A stretch of DNA of 64,000 nt from Harriotta raleighana. Lineage: Eukaryota. Position 1 is the stretch's first letter. The number at the start of each line of letters is the position of its first letter. This document shows, piece after piece, positions 38,381 to 50,800 of this stretch. Position numbers and translations under genes: made by a program. The notes beneath the pieces are model-generated. The model was given only the letters and a program-made list of their open reading frames with translations. It ran no database searches and was not told the DNA's origin. Where the stretch lies: NCBI GenBank assembly GCA_050575255.1, contig JBNZDD010013503.1, positions 125,924-189,923 on the forward strand, in the 5' to 3' direction.

Positions 38381-40491
38381 TAGTTAATATCTGATTTCCA
38401 TGTAGGAATTCCTTGCGCATCACTGTGACATGGTCTCGTAGCCAGACCAAGTCAATGCATTCCTAGGTTAACCCATCTTCTATCGGTTCCACAGCGCAGA
38501 CTATGATGCATCATTTGAGTGAAATGTGCAACAGTTAATATCTAACAGATTTGTTGAGAAAGTTACCATGTCGAGCTTTATAGTTTTTACTTAAAAGCAT
38601 GTGGTTTGGAAGCAATTTATTTGTACGTATCGGCTCTGGGATCAATTAGTAACAGTGGAAAAGTGAATTCCTTCTCAGAGTGTTTCCCAATTTATGGAAA
38701 CAATCTTCTTGGCAAACTGAGCTGGCTCTTTACATGAATGGACATTTTTTCTGTAACATGTACCCACTCAATCTCTGCTTCCAAAACCATTACCTGGTCA
38801 ACTTTCACCTCAACGAGTGCCAGGAGCAGCCAAAACAAAACAGCAGCACTTCTGGATATGGTTGGACCTGCTCCTTTATGGTTTGGGCAGTCTTTGGGAA
38901 TGCGTTCACTAATGACACCTAGGGGCAGTACCTCAGCATATCAATCATCCGATAATCCCTCCATCATCTGAATGAAAATTCAGAAAATCGCTCAATAATT
39001 GCAGTGCCACCAGCTCTATTTATTCTTCTGTTACCGAGTGATTAGGGCCCAGTAAAAGATCTCACATTGTGTACCCATGAGATTGGGGTTTGATTTGTAG
39101 TTATTAATGCGAGGAATCCCATCAGAATTCACCCCACTCCTCCCCATTTGCTGTAAGAACACCTTTCTGGATGTAGATCCTGTAGGAGTGATGATCAGCG
39201 AGACGTACTCCCAGCCACTGAGCAGCCACTACGATTCTTCAGTTAGAAATCACGGTAAGAAACACTGCAAATTAGACACCTGTTGCATTTCATGATGTCA
39301 CATTGTCCCATTAACTCATGAAAGTCTGGCTGGCTGCGAGAGGAATAAAATTTTCAGACCAGTCTATTCTGTCACTGTGATTGAAACATATGGACAAAAT
39401 CTCTGTACTGTGGTTGCTAAAATCAGAGTCAGAAAAGAACAGCAAAGACCGGGTAATTTGAGTCCTGACCAGGAGTGAAGTCCCTGTATTGAGAGTGGGT
39501 TGAAGTCCTTGCTGGTTTTACAGTGAGGTTCTATATGACACACGACCCAGTGCATTCCTGACTTCTTGTTTACAGTATGTGTAACCTGCACAGCCATTCG
39601 AATTTACTATTGTCAGATCTTCAAAGGACTCAGTCTCCGCTTTAACCTAATAGGATTTGAGAGGACAAGTAGATTAAAGCACCTTTGATGCTTCTGACCC
39701 CAGTGCAGATGTTTTTATGCCGGTTTGTAACCAACTGTAGCGGGGAGTCGAAAAGAAATACTCTCTTTTCTGGAACATTTTTTTGCACTCAGCAAAACTA
39801 GTGGCATGAAAAATGGTGTTCCTTCCTAATTTTGCAGACTGTCATATCAATCGTTCCCAAAGTTTGCATCGGGAGCAGTGAAGCTCTCTCCCTACATTCT
39901 CTGAGCCACCTGCTTCCACACCAGCCTTAGAAAAGCATCGTCTGCTGCAACAGTCAAATATTTCCATATTGTAACCATCCTGATGGATTGATTCTCTGAG
40001 TGAAGTTGGTAACTTCTGCACTATAGGCACACAATGGAGAGGAGCTGGTTGAGAAGACATTTCATACCTGACCCTAAAAACCAATGCTTCAAAGGAGAGT
40101 GGAAGCGAAGCCTGGCAGTGAGGAAGGAGTAAACCCAACACAGCAGTTGGCTAATGGTCTGAGAAATGTCCGACCTATTGTGCTCTCTTTCCTGTAACAT
40201 CTTAAAACAGGCCCTCAACTTACACAGCCGTTCTGAAGCCGTGTGTGTTAGACATGGGTTTACACTGAAATGGGCGGCTCAAAGTTCGCTTTTGCTCTGC
40301 CACTAAATTCCAGATTAAATCCACCCAATGCTGCGTACTCTTCCATCTCCTGCGGTTAAATAATATCTGATGCGAGTTCCTTAACCTTGAAACCCTGGGC
40401 TTAATAATAGAAACCAGAAACTGGCTGGTGTAAGCAATGTCTCAGCTTGGCAGACTACTTGGAACTGAAGTGAGGGAAAAAAAAGCCTCAC

Positions 40492-40627
40492 CTGCTGTTT
40501 CATTTCAGAATAGACCTTGTCAGAGTTCAGGTCCACCTGCCTCCTAAACTCCTCCAGGGCTGCGTCCGCCTGCAGGGCTTGGAGCTTCTGCATCTCACTC
40601 CCTCTTGCCAGCTCGTCCTCTTTCTCA
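40492..40627 (-). CDS. CEP112: CEP112 exon F (136 nt): EKEDELARGSEMQKLQALQADAALEEFRRQVDLNSDKVYSEMKQQ
   Basis: Acceptor ccttttcag|T and donor CAG|gtgagg. Strong similarity to CEP112. Confidence 0.95.
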
Positions 40628-40661
40628 CTGAAAAGGCAGAAAGGAATGTATGGTAACAACA

Positions 40662-40965
40662 GTGGTCTTTACTTTGTGTATCGCCTTCTCACTTCATAGA
40701 AACATCTCATGGTGCTTTGCAGGATTTTGCTATAAAACATAGCGACCGTATATTTCTAGGCCAACACAAGTATTGAAGCCAACACAGCAGTCAATTTCTA
40801 CCCAGCAATATCCCATAGAAAGCCATTAAGCGAATAACCAATTTTATTTGGAGGAGTGGTGCCCAGGACGGTGGCAGAAACTCCCTTTTCTTTTCCAGTA
40901 CTGCCAACCTAAGCAGCCAGACAGGACCACAGTTTAATCTCATCTAAAGGACAGCATTTTACAGC
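40662..40965 (-). mobile_element. Old DeuSINE ending about 35 nt upstream of the exon F acceptor
   Basis: cagcagtcaattt..cccagcaatatcccat...cccaggacggtggcagaaactccc...cagtttaatctcatctaaaggacagca. Confidence 0.65.
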
Positions 40966-41937
40966 AGTCTCAACCTGAAATCTGACTTAAAAGTCCTAAT
41001 TAAACCCACAAGCAAATAGCAGGGAGAGTTCTTTATCTTAACAGCCATTCTCGTACGGTAGAAATATTTCAAATTACAGTAAATTGAAAGGGCTCCAATC
41101 AATGCTATCCATGGGCTTCTAACACTATACGTAATACGGTAAATAAATATAGACAGATACACACACAAAGTTCCCTAAACTCTATCTGTGCAGGTTTACA
41201 CATGGGTGAATTGGGCACTCAGTTGAGGTCCTAAATAAAGGGTGGCCTACCATTGTCCAAGATAAATCACTGACTTTAGCAACGAAGAGGGAGGAAGGCA
41301 AGAACATAAAAAGAAATAGGTGAGGGAAAAAAAAACCTGTTCTGCAACCAACTGACAACCAACCAACTGACATTGCTTGTGACGCCTGTAAGATCATTCC
41401 CAAAATGACTGACTCATGTGAGATCGGCACCATTGATATAAGTTCCAATCAAAACATGACTTTGAAATAAGATGATTAATAAAATATACACAAAAGTATA
41501 GAAGTGCAGTGTGAAATGGGAGTGTCACAACACACATAATAACTTTGAAACAAGGTGGAGCTCAGCCCTGGGGAGATGGTGGGAGAATCAAAGTCACAAG
41601 TAGCGCCTTCTGGATTCCAGTGTACACTTAAAGGCAGAAAGGTGTTGGTATTGATTGAAACGCATGGGATGAGCTGTCTACTTGTCAGGGAACAGCATGA
41701 CTTGATAAAGAGTAAACCTCACCGACTGTGACTTAGTCAGTGACTCTCTTGTCTAGGAAGGTGCTTGATTTGATCTCCAGTTTGTGCTGCAGTAGCTCAT
41801 CTTAGCAATGGTCTGCAATGGGAATGCTTCAAATGGTCATCAATGACCTGGAGTTATGGAGGGGAAACCACTTAGGGTTCTTGCTCCCAATCGCTGTTGT
41901 GATCCACTCCTCAAGATGAATGTGTGTGTAGATTTAG

Positions 41938-42254
41938 TAGAGTCCTATAGCTCAGTGGTTAGAACACTTGCCTCAAAAGCGTGAGATCCGTGTTCGAATC
42001 CAGGCAGGTATGGGTGAAACTTGGGCAAGTTTCCCTACTCCACACGCCTAATAATAATCCCTCAAAAAAAAACAATAAGAAAAATTGATCATTTCAACGA
42101 CTGTCCACGACTGTTTGTGGGACACTGCTGTGTGCAATTGGCTGCCGCCTTAATATACAGTCAATTAATTTTACAGGATAATCTGTGAAGCGCTTTGAGA
42201 CGTCTAAAAGATGTGAAAAGTGCTACATCAAATGAAAGGATTATTATTATTATT
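41938..42254 (+). mobile_element. Young full-length tRNA-derived SINE
   Basis: Box A TAGCTCAGTGG at 41948-41958, box B GTTCGAATCC at 41992-42001, partial Deu body and (TTA)n tail. Confidence 0.9.
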
Positions 42255-42919
42255 GATTGAGAAGGTCGTGTGTGGGGCCTTCATTCTAACCCTCTATGGT
42301 CCTTGTGCTTATGGTGCTGATGTTGTTCACTAGTAAAACTGTACCTCAGTAGAAGGAAAATTGAAACAGTTTCAGGAGAGGAGGGAGAAATTTGACAACG
42401 CATTTTATCCCCTATGTGCCTGAATGAGGCTAAATAATTCCTACTAAAAGCTGGGTTTCATTAGGATGCAACCCCATTTCTAATGTGATACAGACAATTA
42501 TTTTCTCACAAGAGTAGGATTCATTATGGTGCTGCAGAAACACACACCAAAAACCGGAGTGCGATGATGTATTGTTGTAATGACTCCCTCTGTAGCCACT
42601 TATGCAATGTGAGATTATTCGAGTGTTACAAAACATTTAAGTGCAGGATTGCAACTGTTGCTGCCTGGAGCAGGAAACTCCTTCACCACTTTTTCATCTC
42701 TTAATTCTCTTGGAGGTATGCTCTGAATTTCCCCAGTATTTCCCCATTCTCACTGGCAATTATATATTCCGCAATGTTGAGGTGACGACGACAATAACAC
42801 AAAGCACTAATCAGCACCTCCCTTGGATTTGACACATATGTGCTTCCCAGGAAATTGCTACCAAATGTAGTAAATTAATTTGTAGCCAAAACAGGGCAGT
42901 CATTTTGTGTATTACAAGG

Positions 42920-43243
42920 TAATAATAATAATAATCATCCTTGCAATTGATATCGCGCTTTTCACGTCTTCTAGAAGTCTCAAAGTGCTTCACAAATATA
43001 CTGTAAAGTGAATTGACTGTATATCTGTGGGTGAAACGCGATAGCCAATTACGCACAGCAGTGTCCCACATACAGTCGTGGATTAAAATGACCAATTTTT
43101 ATTATTGTGGTTTTTTTTGAAGGATTATTATTAGGCATGAGTGTGTGGAATAAGGAAAGTTGCCCAATGTTTCACCTTGACCTGCCTGGGTTCAAATGCG
43201 TCTCACGCTTGTAAGGCGAGTGCTCTAACCACTGAGCTACAGA
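42920..43243 (-). mobile_element. Young full-length tRNA-derived SINE
   Basis: Head (reverse complement) tgtagctcagtggttagagcactcgccttacaagcgtgagac; same body and tail as the 41938 copy. Confidence 0.9.
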
Positions 43244-44849
43244 ATATAAGGTACCACACAAAGCCATGAAGTGTACAGTAACATTTATTTGGGGGATTGT
43301 TGGGTTCATATGGCACTTCATATACCACCCGAAGTTTGCTCTCTTGCCTTCTGGTGTAATTTGAATTTGTAAATTAACGTCTCGTTACATTCCACACTGC
43401 TCAAAGGGAAGCTGTGTTCTATTGCACAATCTGAAATATCAAAGGGAGAAATCTATGGTGTTCATGTTGTTGCTACTCAGTCAATCTTTGTTCCCATGTT
43501 TAATGCAGCAGAGAAGTAAATAGATATTTGCTGTATATTCTGTACAATACCAGTGACATTTCTGACCAGGGCAGTTGGCGGATCCAGCCACCGTTGTGTC
43601 ATTGGGGCAGAACGCCTTGAGGTGACTGGAGATAAATGCAGTGCAGAAGGACTTTCCCATTGCAAACACATGGCAAGAGGAAATCAATTAGCAATTCAAA
43701 GACCAAAGTGTCAGCATCCAAACCGGATTCCTCACTCATGACAGCAGCTTTGAAGTCTTCTCTCGCTGTCATTAATGAGAAATTAAATTTGCACACTTCA
43801 ACTTCCCTGATTCCCTCCTCTGCCTCGCTGTCTGATTTCCTTTTGAAATGCAGTTGCTGGGGGGGGAGGAAAGCTGCTTCGATACATTTTAAATGCAGGC
43901 GCTGCCGCCTCCAGCATCTCTGCCACTGCCCAAGCTTCTCACACTCAGGCACTGAGTGCTGGGCATCTCTCCTGCCTCGCTCCGGGGTCCCTTATGCAAT
44001 CTCCAAGCTGGTAAAGGATCGGTCTTTACACACAAAGACCTAAAATACTGGACACATAAAGCAGCACCGCTCAATCTGCCATTACCATATACAGGAGTCC
44101 TCCAAACAGGTACTGGGCACAAGATAGTTGTATGTTATACAACATTTGGTTGCCTAGAAACGCAGTCACTATACTTGACAACAATCAACTGTCAAGAGCT
44201 TCCAGATGCACCAACCCTATGGGTTATATCAATTGCAAGAATTATGATACAGAATATCTTTTGAACCATTGCTTTAACAGTTGCTGGCAAGACGCAAGCT
44301 GCCAGCTTTGTCGAAGGGGTTCTGTGCCATTTGCAAAATAATATTCTTATGATAGGATCATAGATTGAGTTGACTTTAAGAAATTATTGACCCTCCCAGC
44401 TGAACATCAGAGAAGACACAGTCATTAACCCAAGAGTGCTTCAGCAATCAGGTCATCTCAACTGTGGTAATCGAGCCCCTTTGCTCAACTGGGCTCAGCC
44501 ATTCATGCAAGCCAACTCCACCCTATTGTATGATCGGCACTTATTGTTTAAGCACACATATTTAAAATATAAAAACAGATGTTCAAGATAATCAGAATTC
44601 TTTGCAAACATTTGAAGTTTAAAATAGCTCTCTGTGAGCGTGAGAGGCAATAAGCTTGACATTTGTGAGAGGAATTGAGGGCCAGGCTGAGACAAAGTCA
44701 TTTGTTGAGTTTAGATAAGTACTGAAGTTATTATGAGGTAATTCTGGTTTGGGGCTTTTCACAACACACATGTCAGTCTGTAAAATAATAACCTGTCTAT
44801 TGAAAAGTTAAGGGCAGAAATCTAGTGGAGGTTTTCAAAGCAAGGATAG

Positions 44850-45125
44850 GCTGAATATAGAGAGGCTATTTTCTCCTGATATGCCAGTCAGTAACAAGAG
44901 GGCATAATGAAGATGATTACCAGAAGTGTGTGTGTGTGGGGAGGGGAGGGGGGGGTGGGCAGTGGGGGGCGCGGGTAGAAGGAATATTGTTACAGAGGCT
45001 TGTTGGAATGTGGAATGCTTCACTCCACATGGCTGCCGAAACCACGTCCATAACAGCTTTTAAAAGCAAACTGGAAAAATAATAACTATATGGGGAAAGA
45101 GCAAGGAAAGGATTGGAGTAGATAT
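44850..45125 (+). mobile_element. Degenerate CR1 3' fragment with an internal GT/G-rich tract
   Basis: aacaagagggcataa...ttgttggaatgtggaatgc...acagcttttaaaagcaaactgga...tatggggaaagagc. Confidence 0.6.
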
Positions 45126-46349
45126 CTTCAGACACACTGTACTAACAGGCCACATAGTGTTGCCATGATACTAAGCCACTTATGGTTAGAATTCAACAAG
45201 GTGTTAAGTTACTGAAGGGATAAGGTTGTGATCATTTCAAATAGACAACCAGCATTGAGGGCCAGTGTTGATGTTGATCAGGAGTGAATTTCTCTATTTT
45301 TCTACTTGCTTTCCTGAGACCAATATAATGGCAAGTTTCCAAAGCTGCCGATATTCACAACACATACAGTTTTCACAAATCATTCTAACTTTAAGTATTA
45401 TGGTTTAAGATGTATTTAACATCAGTTATTTGGTTGAATTACTGACTGGTAACAACTTGCAGATTGCTCACTATACTGCACTTCTCCCATTCCCTTAGAG
45501 TAATGATGCAAATAGCCTCCAAATCCAAGCAATTATATAAAAAAAACAAAGAGAACCTCCTATAAAACATTCATAAGGTTTTATGTTTTTTTAATCAAAG
45601 CTGCTGAATTTTTCATCTATTACAACAGCAAACATACTTTCTCTCCCAATGCTGTGGCACAGTGCCTCGCTTAATCTGGAATGTGCTGAAGAGTGAAATG
45701 TGTTGGAATTTGAGGGATTGATTGAAGCTAGAACCACCCAACAAGGGCTCCTATGTAGAGTCAATGGATATATAATAATATGATTTCTAGCTGTGACCAG
45801 GTATTGTACATAACAGAATTCTATTCTATCCTTGGTATGGGAAGATATTCGCACACAATCATTCTGTGACTTGGAAAAGAAAACAGAAACAAATGGAAGA
45901 CTAGTCTTTCTTTACAATGGAGGTTGACCCCTTCTTCATGTCCACAGGGCAAGTTTGTGCTGGTTCAATGAACTGTACATCACAGTACAGCCAGACCTGA
46001 GAGCAACACTTCAGCAAAATGGTCTAGAATTGATCTCTGAGGTAACACCTTGTGTAAATAGACAAATAACTGTATTAAACAGGTTGGACAAAAGAGAAAG
46101 ATTGTGCTTCAGAACTGTGTGTAATTTGAACAATTACACAATTAAGCGGGCTGTTGTTTTGAGCTGAGAGTTCCAAGAGTGAGGCTGTTTGAACCACTAG
46201 TTATGGTTCGAAGTCTCAAGTGGAAACTTCTAAGTGTGAGGTTCATTCACTCTCCTCTGTAATCACTAGAATGCTTATAAAATGTGTTGAAAGATTGTAA
46301 TTTGAGGCACCTTCCAAGCAGATTACTGGTGCGGAAACATGACTCTTAC

Positions 46350-47470
46350 TTCTAACCACTAACTCTCTCCTGCGCCCACCTTCCCACGCCACGCCCATCC
46401 TCCTACAATTCCATCTGTGAGATACTAGAATTCCTCAAATTCAAAATTGAGGGGGTTCCGTTCAGTCACCTCTACCCCATCCACTGCTATCCCCTCAGAA
46501 CCTCTCACACATGACACAGTTCCCATCCATCCCTCCCTATACACCTTCAAGCCTATCTCTCCCTTACCACTATAATTTCCAAAATGAATCCTAAAATTTG
46601 CACCCTCGACCTCATCCTCACTTCTCTCCCCACCTCCCAGCTCCACCTCCTGTCTCCTCTCCTAACAAACATCATCAACCTCTCCTTATCCACTGTCACT
46701 GTTCTCACCCCCCCTAAAAACAGCTGTAATCACCTCCATCCTGAAAAAATCTTCCCTGGACCCATCCCTACTCTGCAGTTACCACCCCATTTCCAACTCC
46801 CATTCTTCTCCATGGCCCTGGAACATGTCGTTATGTTCCAGCTTCGCACTTTTCTTTCTCTCCCTTCCCTCATTGAACCCCTCCAATCCGGCTTCCGTGC
46901 TGCCCACAGCACAGAAACAGCTCTGGTCGAAGTCTCTAATGACATTCTAAACATCTGCGATCAGGACTCTTACAGATAAGTGACTGAAGCCTGCAGATTG
47001 CCTCAAAATTCCAATTTTCTCAATATTTTGTCAACACCAACTTCAACAACCTTTATCTCAGGATCAATCAGACCAAAAGACAGAGCTATTTGGAGAATGC
47101 TGATTACAGTCAACAGTCTGTTTACTACATTGTTACCAAAATTCAAAGACTCGAGTTCTCCTGCGGTTGACCACTCGATTGCCATTCCTCCCTCATCCAC
47201 CTGGTTTCAATCCTAGTTCAAGATCCTCGTTCTCACTATCAAGGCCATCCATGGCCTTGCCATCTTCTCCCTCTCCGACCCGCTGACTGCCTAACAACCT
47301 GCCCGCTCTCTCCGTTCAGCGGGCTTGGGTCTGCTCCATATCTCCCACTCAACCATTGGTGGCTGGACTTTTAGCTTCTCTGCCCCCATATGACCCCTGA
47401 ATGTTCAGCTCCTGGGGAAGTCCTCCTGACATGAAAGGCGCTCGATAAATGTAATTTTGTTGCTATTGTT
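46350..47470 (+). mobile_element. L2-clade LINE ORF2 remnant (RT N-terminal part, C-terminal part and 3' tail)
   Basis: CTLDLI..SPLLTNIINLSL, EPLQSGFRAAHSTETALVEVSNDIL, then FKILVLTIKAIHGLA..RSLRSA..GGWTFSFSAP, then the tail ctgacatgaaaggcgctcgataaatgtaattttgttg. Confidence 0.85.
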
Positions 47471-47659
47471 CTTGTAGTTGACCCACCATCTCCACTTCAT
47501 CTCCTCTAAGTTTCTTCTACCATCTTTGTACAGTTACCACAGTTACCACCTTACCTCTGTGACCTCCTACCCCCTACCAACCTGCCGGTTCCCTTCCCTC
47601 CCTGGGCTCTGGCCTGCTCCATGTTTCCCGGCCCACCCGTCCTTGCCATCGCCTTCTCT

Positions 47660-47872
47660 GCCCCAACTATTGGAATTTAATCCTGCAATCCTTCTGCCTC
47701 GCCCCCTCTTTCAAATCCTTAACATCCTGCCTCAAAATCCTCCTCTTTGACTGTGCCATCAGTCACCCTTCCCATTTCTGATCCCAGCTCAGGTCTGAAA
47801 CAGACTGTCCATCACTTTGGGATATTCTCCCAACACGAAAGGTGCTATACAAATGTCATTTTGTTGTTGTTG
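47660..47872 (+). mobile_element. L2 3' end fragment
   Basis: Similar to 1110-1358 (ctcctctttga...agctcaggtctgaa...aaggtgctatacaaatgtcattttgttgttg). Confidence 0.7.
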
Positions 47873-50800
47873 CTTTGTAGTAGAGCACTTCAGCGTTCTA
47901 TCCTTGGCCCCTCCTTTTCCTCATCTACATGCTCTCTCTTAGCGGACGCAGAGTTAACTTCCACATGTGCACGTGTGGATGTCGCCAAATCTACAGTTCC
48001 TCTTCTACTCTAAAGATTCCAGAGCCTCACCTCCCCTTCGCCTCTCTCATGCTTGGCGTCTGATCCTGTTGTTGTAAACTGCTCCAGATATTATACTATG
48101 TGGACGGCTCTGTAGAAATGTAAGTTCTTGCTATAAATGACCAAGCTCAGTAAATTAGTTGAACGTCACCCCCACACTGATAAAACATGAATAATACGTG
48201 AATATTCACACTGACTAGCCCAGCTCTGCAATAATGCTCACTTGTCAGCACACAAAGATAAAAATATTTATAGCTGTTTGAAAAATATACAAGCTGTTTG
48301 AAAGCAGGTTGAAGTGACTCCAAGCTTGGCACGCACACTTCCTCGGTGTCCAATTATTCCCATTATATTTTGTGGTTAAATGTCCTTCAGTATAATAATA
48401 GTGGAGTTCTTTTATTCACAACCTCACATAAAGTAAACGAGAAAAGCTTCTGAGGATCTAAGCCCATAAAAATCTGATTTCAGATACCAAAGATTAGCTG
48501 TAGATAGTAGTAAAAATCAATTGGAAAAAAAAACAGAGAAGGCAATTGATCTTGTCTTAAAATTGTATGGGTGGGTGGTGGGGAAAAGAGAGCAGGAAGG
48601 ATTTGCCGAGATCAAATGTTACCATTTTTCAAACAGTGAAGGAAAGGAATAGTGTGGAGACTTCAAAAGGGAACTGACAAATAAACATAAGCTAACGAAT
48701 ATCAAATGGAAATATTTACTGCCTTTAAAAGCATAAAACAATGCACCAACCCCCAAAGGAGTCATTCACTGAAGTGGTTATGGAAGGGCAATTTCTTGTT
48801 TATTTTTTGGCAAGATCTTAGTATGAGTTCAAAATAAAATAGTGGTCACTGATACTAATTATATGTAACTTTCACTTTCCGTCAATAACCACAAGATTAC
48901 TAGGCCAGCTAATCTCCTATGCATTTCTTTTCTTTTAGAAAAAGCAACTGACCAAAACCAAAATGAAGGATTGTATAACGTGACTAGATGCTGTAGGTTA
49001 CAGATACTGTGACACTTGGGAAAGAGAATGGAATTTCGCCCAATGTTCTAGCCAACAATCCTCCAGATTAATTGATCATTCATCTCATTGCTGTCTGTGG
49101 GACCTTGCAAGGTGGAAGATATCACACTGATGCTTTAAGAAATGCTCCTCTGAGATTTAGCAGAGTAGAGGAAGCTTTACATTTAACCTGACCTGTGTCC
49201 TGCCTGACCTGATCTTGGCGGTCCTAGGCAGCAAATAGAAAAAAAAATGGTATTCTCAAAATCGAAAATACCCTGCAATGGATGAGGCACAAGCTTCATT
49301 TAATAAGTTCATAATGTAAAAACTCACTTGTTGAAACAACTGGCGCCATTCATTGTGATGCTAATGGTTTTCTAAAGCGGGGTCCCCTGCAGAAAAGCGC
49401 TCTTTTGTGTTCTCACGCTACCGACAGTGGGTTCTGGCCAGTGATTGACAGGAGCCTGGGGTGAGAGCAGAGGGCTGTGGCGAGAGCACACAAACCTTGT
49501 GCTCCTGAAATTGACGTGTGCTGAAGAACCGTCCAAATTCTCACACCAGATGGCTCTCAGGTTTTGCAACAGGTTGGTGGAGGAAGCTGCCACCTATACA
49601 TTAAGGTGGAGAAATAGCTTGTGACAACTGGGGGTCAGCGCAGCTGCACTCAGAAACATTCATTGGTTATTGGCAGTAACCTGTTATCATGGTGTGAGAT
49701 GTAAGTATTTAGACAGTAAAATGTATGGTATTTCTCATTGACTCGACAAGAGGATAATTAGCAATTACTATCTTTCAAAAAAATGCCACTGAACCTATTC
49801 TTTAGACAGTTGCTGTTTTACAAGTCCCGACTAAGCACAGTTATGTAATCTATAAAACATTAAACACAAACTTATTCTTTATTTCCAGATCATCATTCCT
49901 ATTCCCATTAATGTTCCATCTGCCTTGTGAATCAAATGGATGATAAGGGACCCCTCCAACCCATCAACCATCCCTCCCTTCTTCCCCAAAGCTATTAGAA
50001 AAAAGTAGAATTTTTCTCCAGGTTGTTCTACCTTAAACTCTCTTCTCATCCACATTCAACCCATAGATTCAGATCAACTGGCCATTCATCCCATGGGCTG
50101 TTTGTAAAACGTTCTTGAATCAAATGAGCCATTGCAGTTGCTCCCACACTTTCACTTCATTTCTAATTATTCTTAACTTTGTAAAGTGCTTCAAAATAAT
50201 TCTTATGTGAAAGGTGCTGTGTAAATGTGAGTTGTTGTAGTAGTAGTAGGAATGTTATCATCCCTGGACTAGAACTGGAGAGGAAAGGATTTGCGATGAT
50301 TCTTTGATGTGAAAGACACGCACGATTCTGTCTCCAATTCTCCACAAATGAACAGCTTGCTGGGGTGGGAGGAGGAGTGAAGCCTTACGGTTCAACTCAC
50401 CCTCAAATGGTTTCCACGGTTGCTCCTTGCTCCCCCCACTCTGCAACGCCCCCATTCCCAGCTGAGCCAGAACTCAGGCAGAATTTACAGAAACTCAAAC
50501 CTGCTCTGGACAGAGCACACGTCAGGCCATCCTGCACCAGTGGGCTCACTCGGAAATTATTTACTTTCAATGTTCTCAACATCTCATAAAATTTCAGACC
50601 TTTAACATAATTCCTCCCACTCCCCCACCCCCCACTCCCCCAATATAAAATCCGGGAGGCTTCAAGTCTAAAAATTCTTGATCTGGCGTAAACATTTATT
50701 TTAGGTTTCGCTAAGATGGATTCAGCTGCGTAACTAAAATACCATTCCCTTTTCTCAGCTTTTGTGAGACCATTAAATACGATTCCTGCATATTTTTGGC

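Noticed and set aside
41940-42010. tRNA gene
   Set aside because: Box A and B are present, but the sequence continues into a SINE body, lacks a proper acceptor stem and occurs in several diverged copies.
43477-44341. Cluster of overlapping ORFs (up to 135 aa) as a nested gene
   Set aside because: No recognisable domain, no coherent splice structure, and random-like composition.
46584-46979. Functional reverse transcriptase or retron-like system
   Set aside because: Frameshifted L2 fragment lacking the catalytic YADD core.
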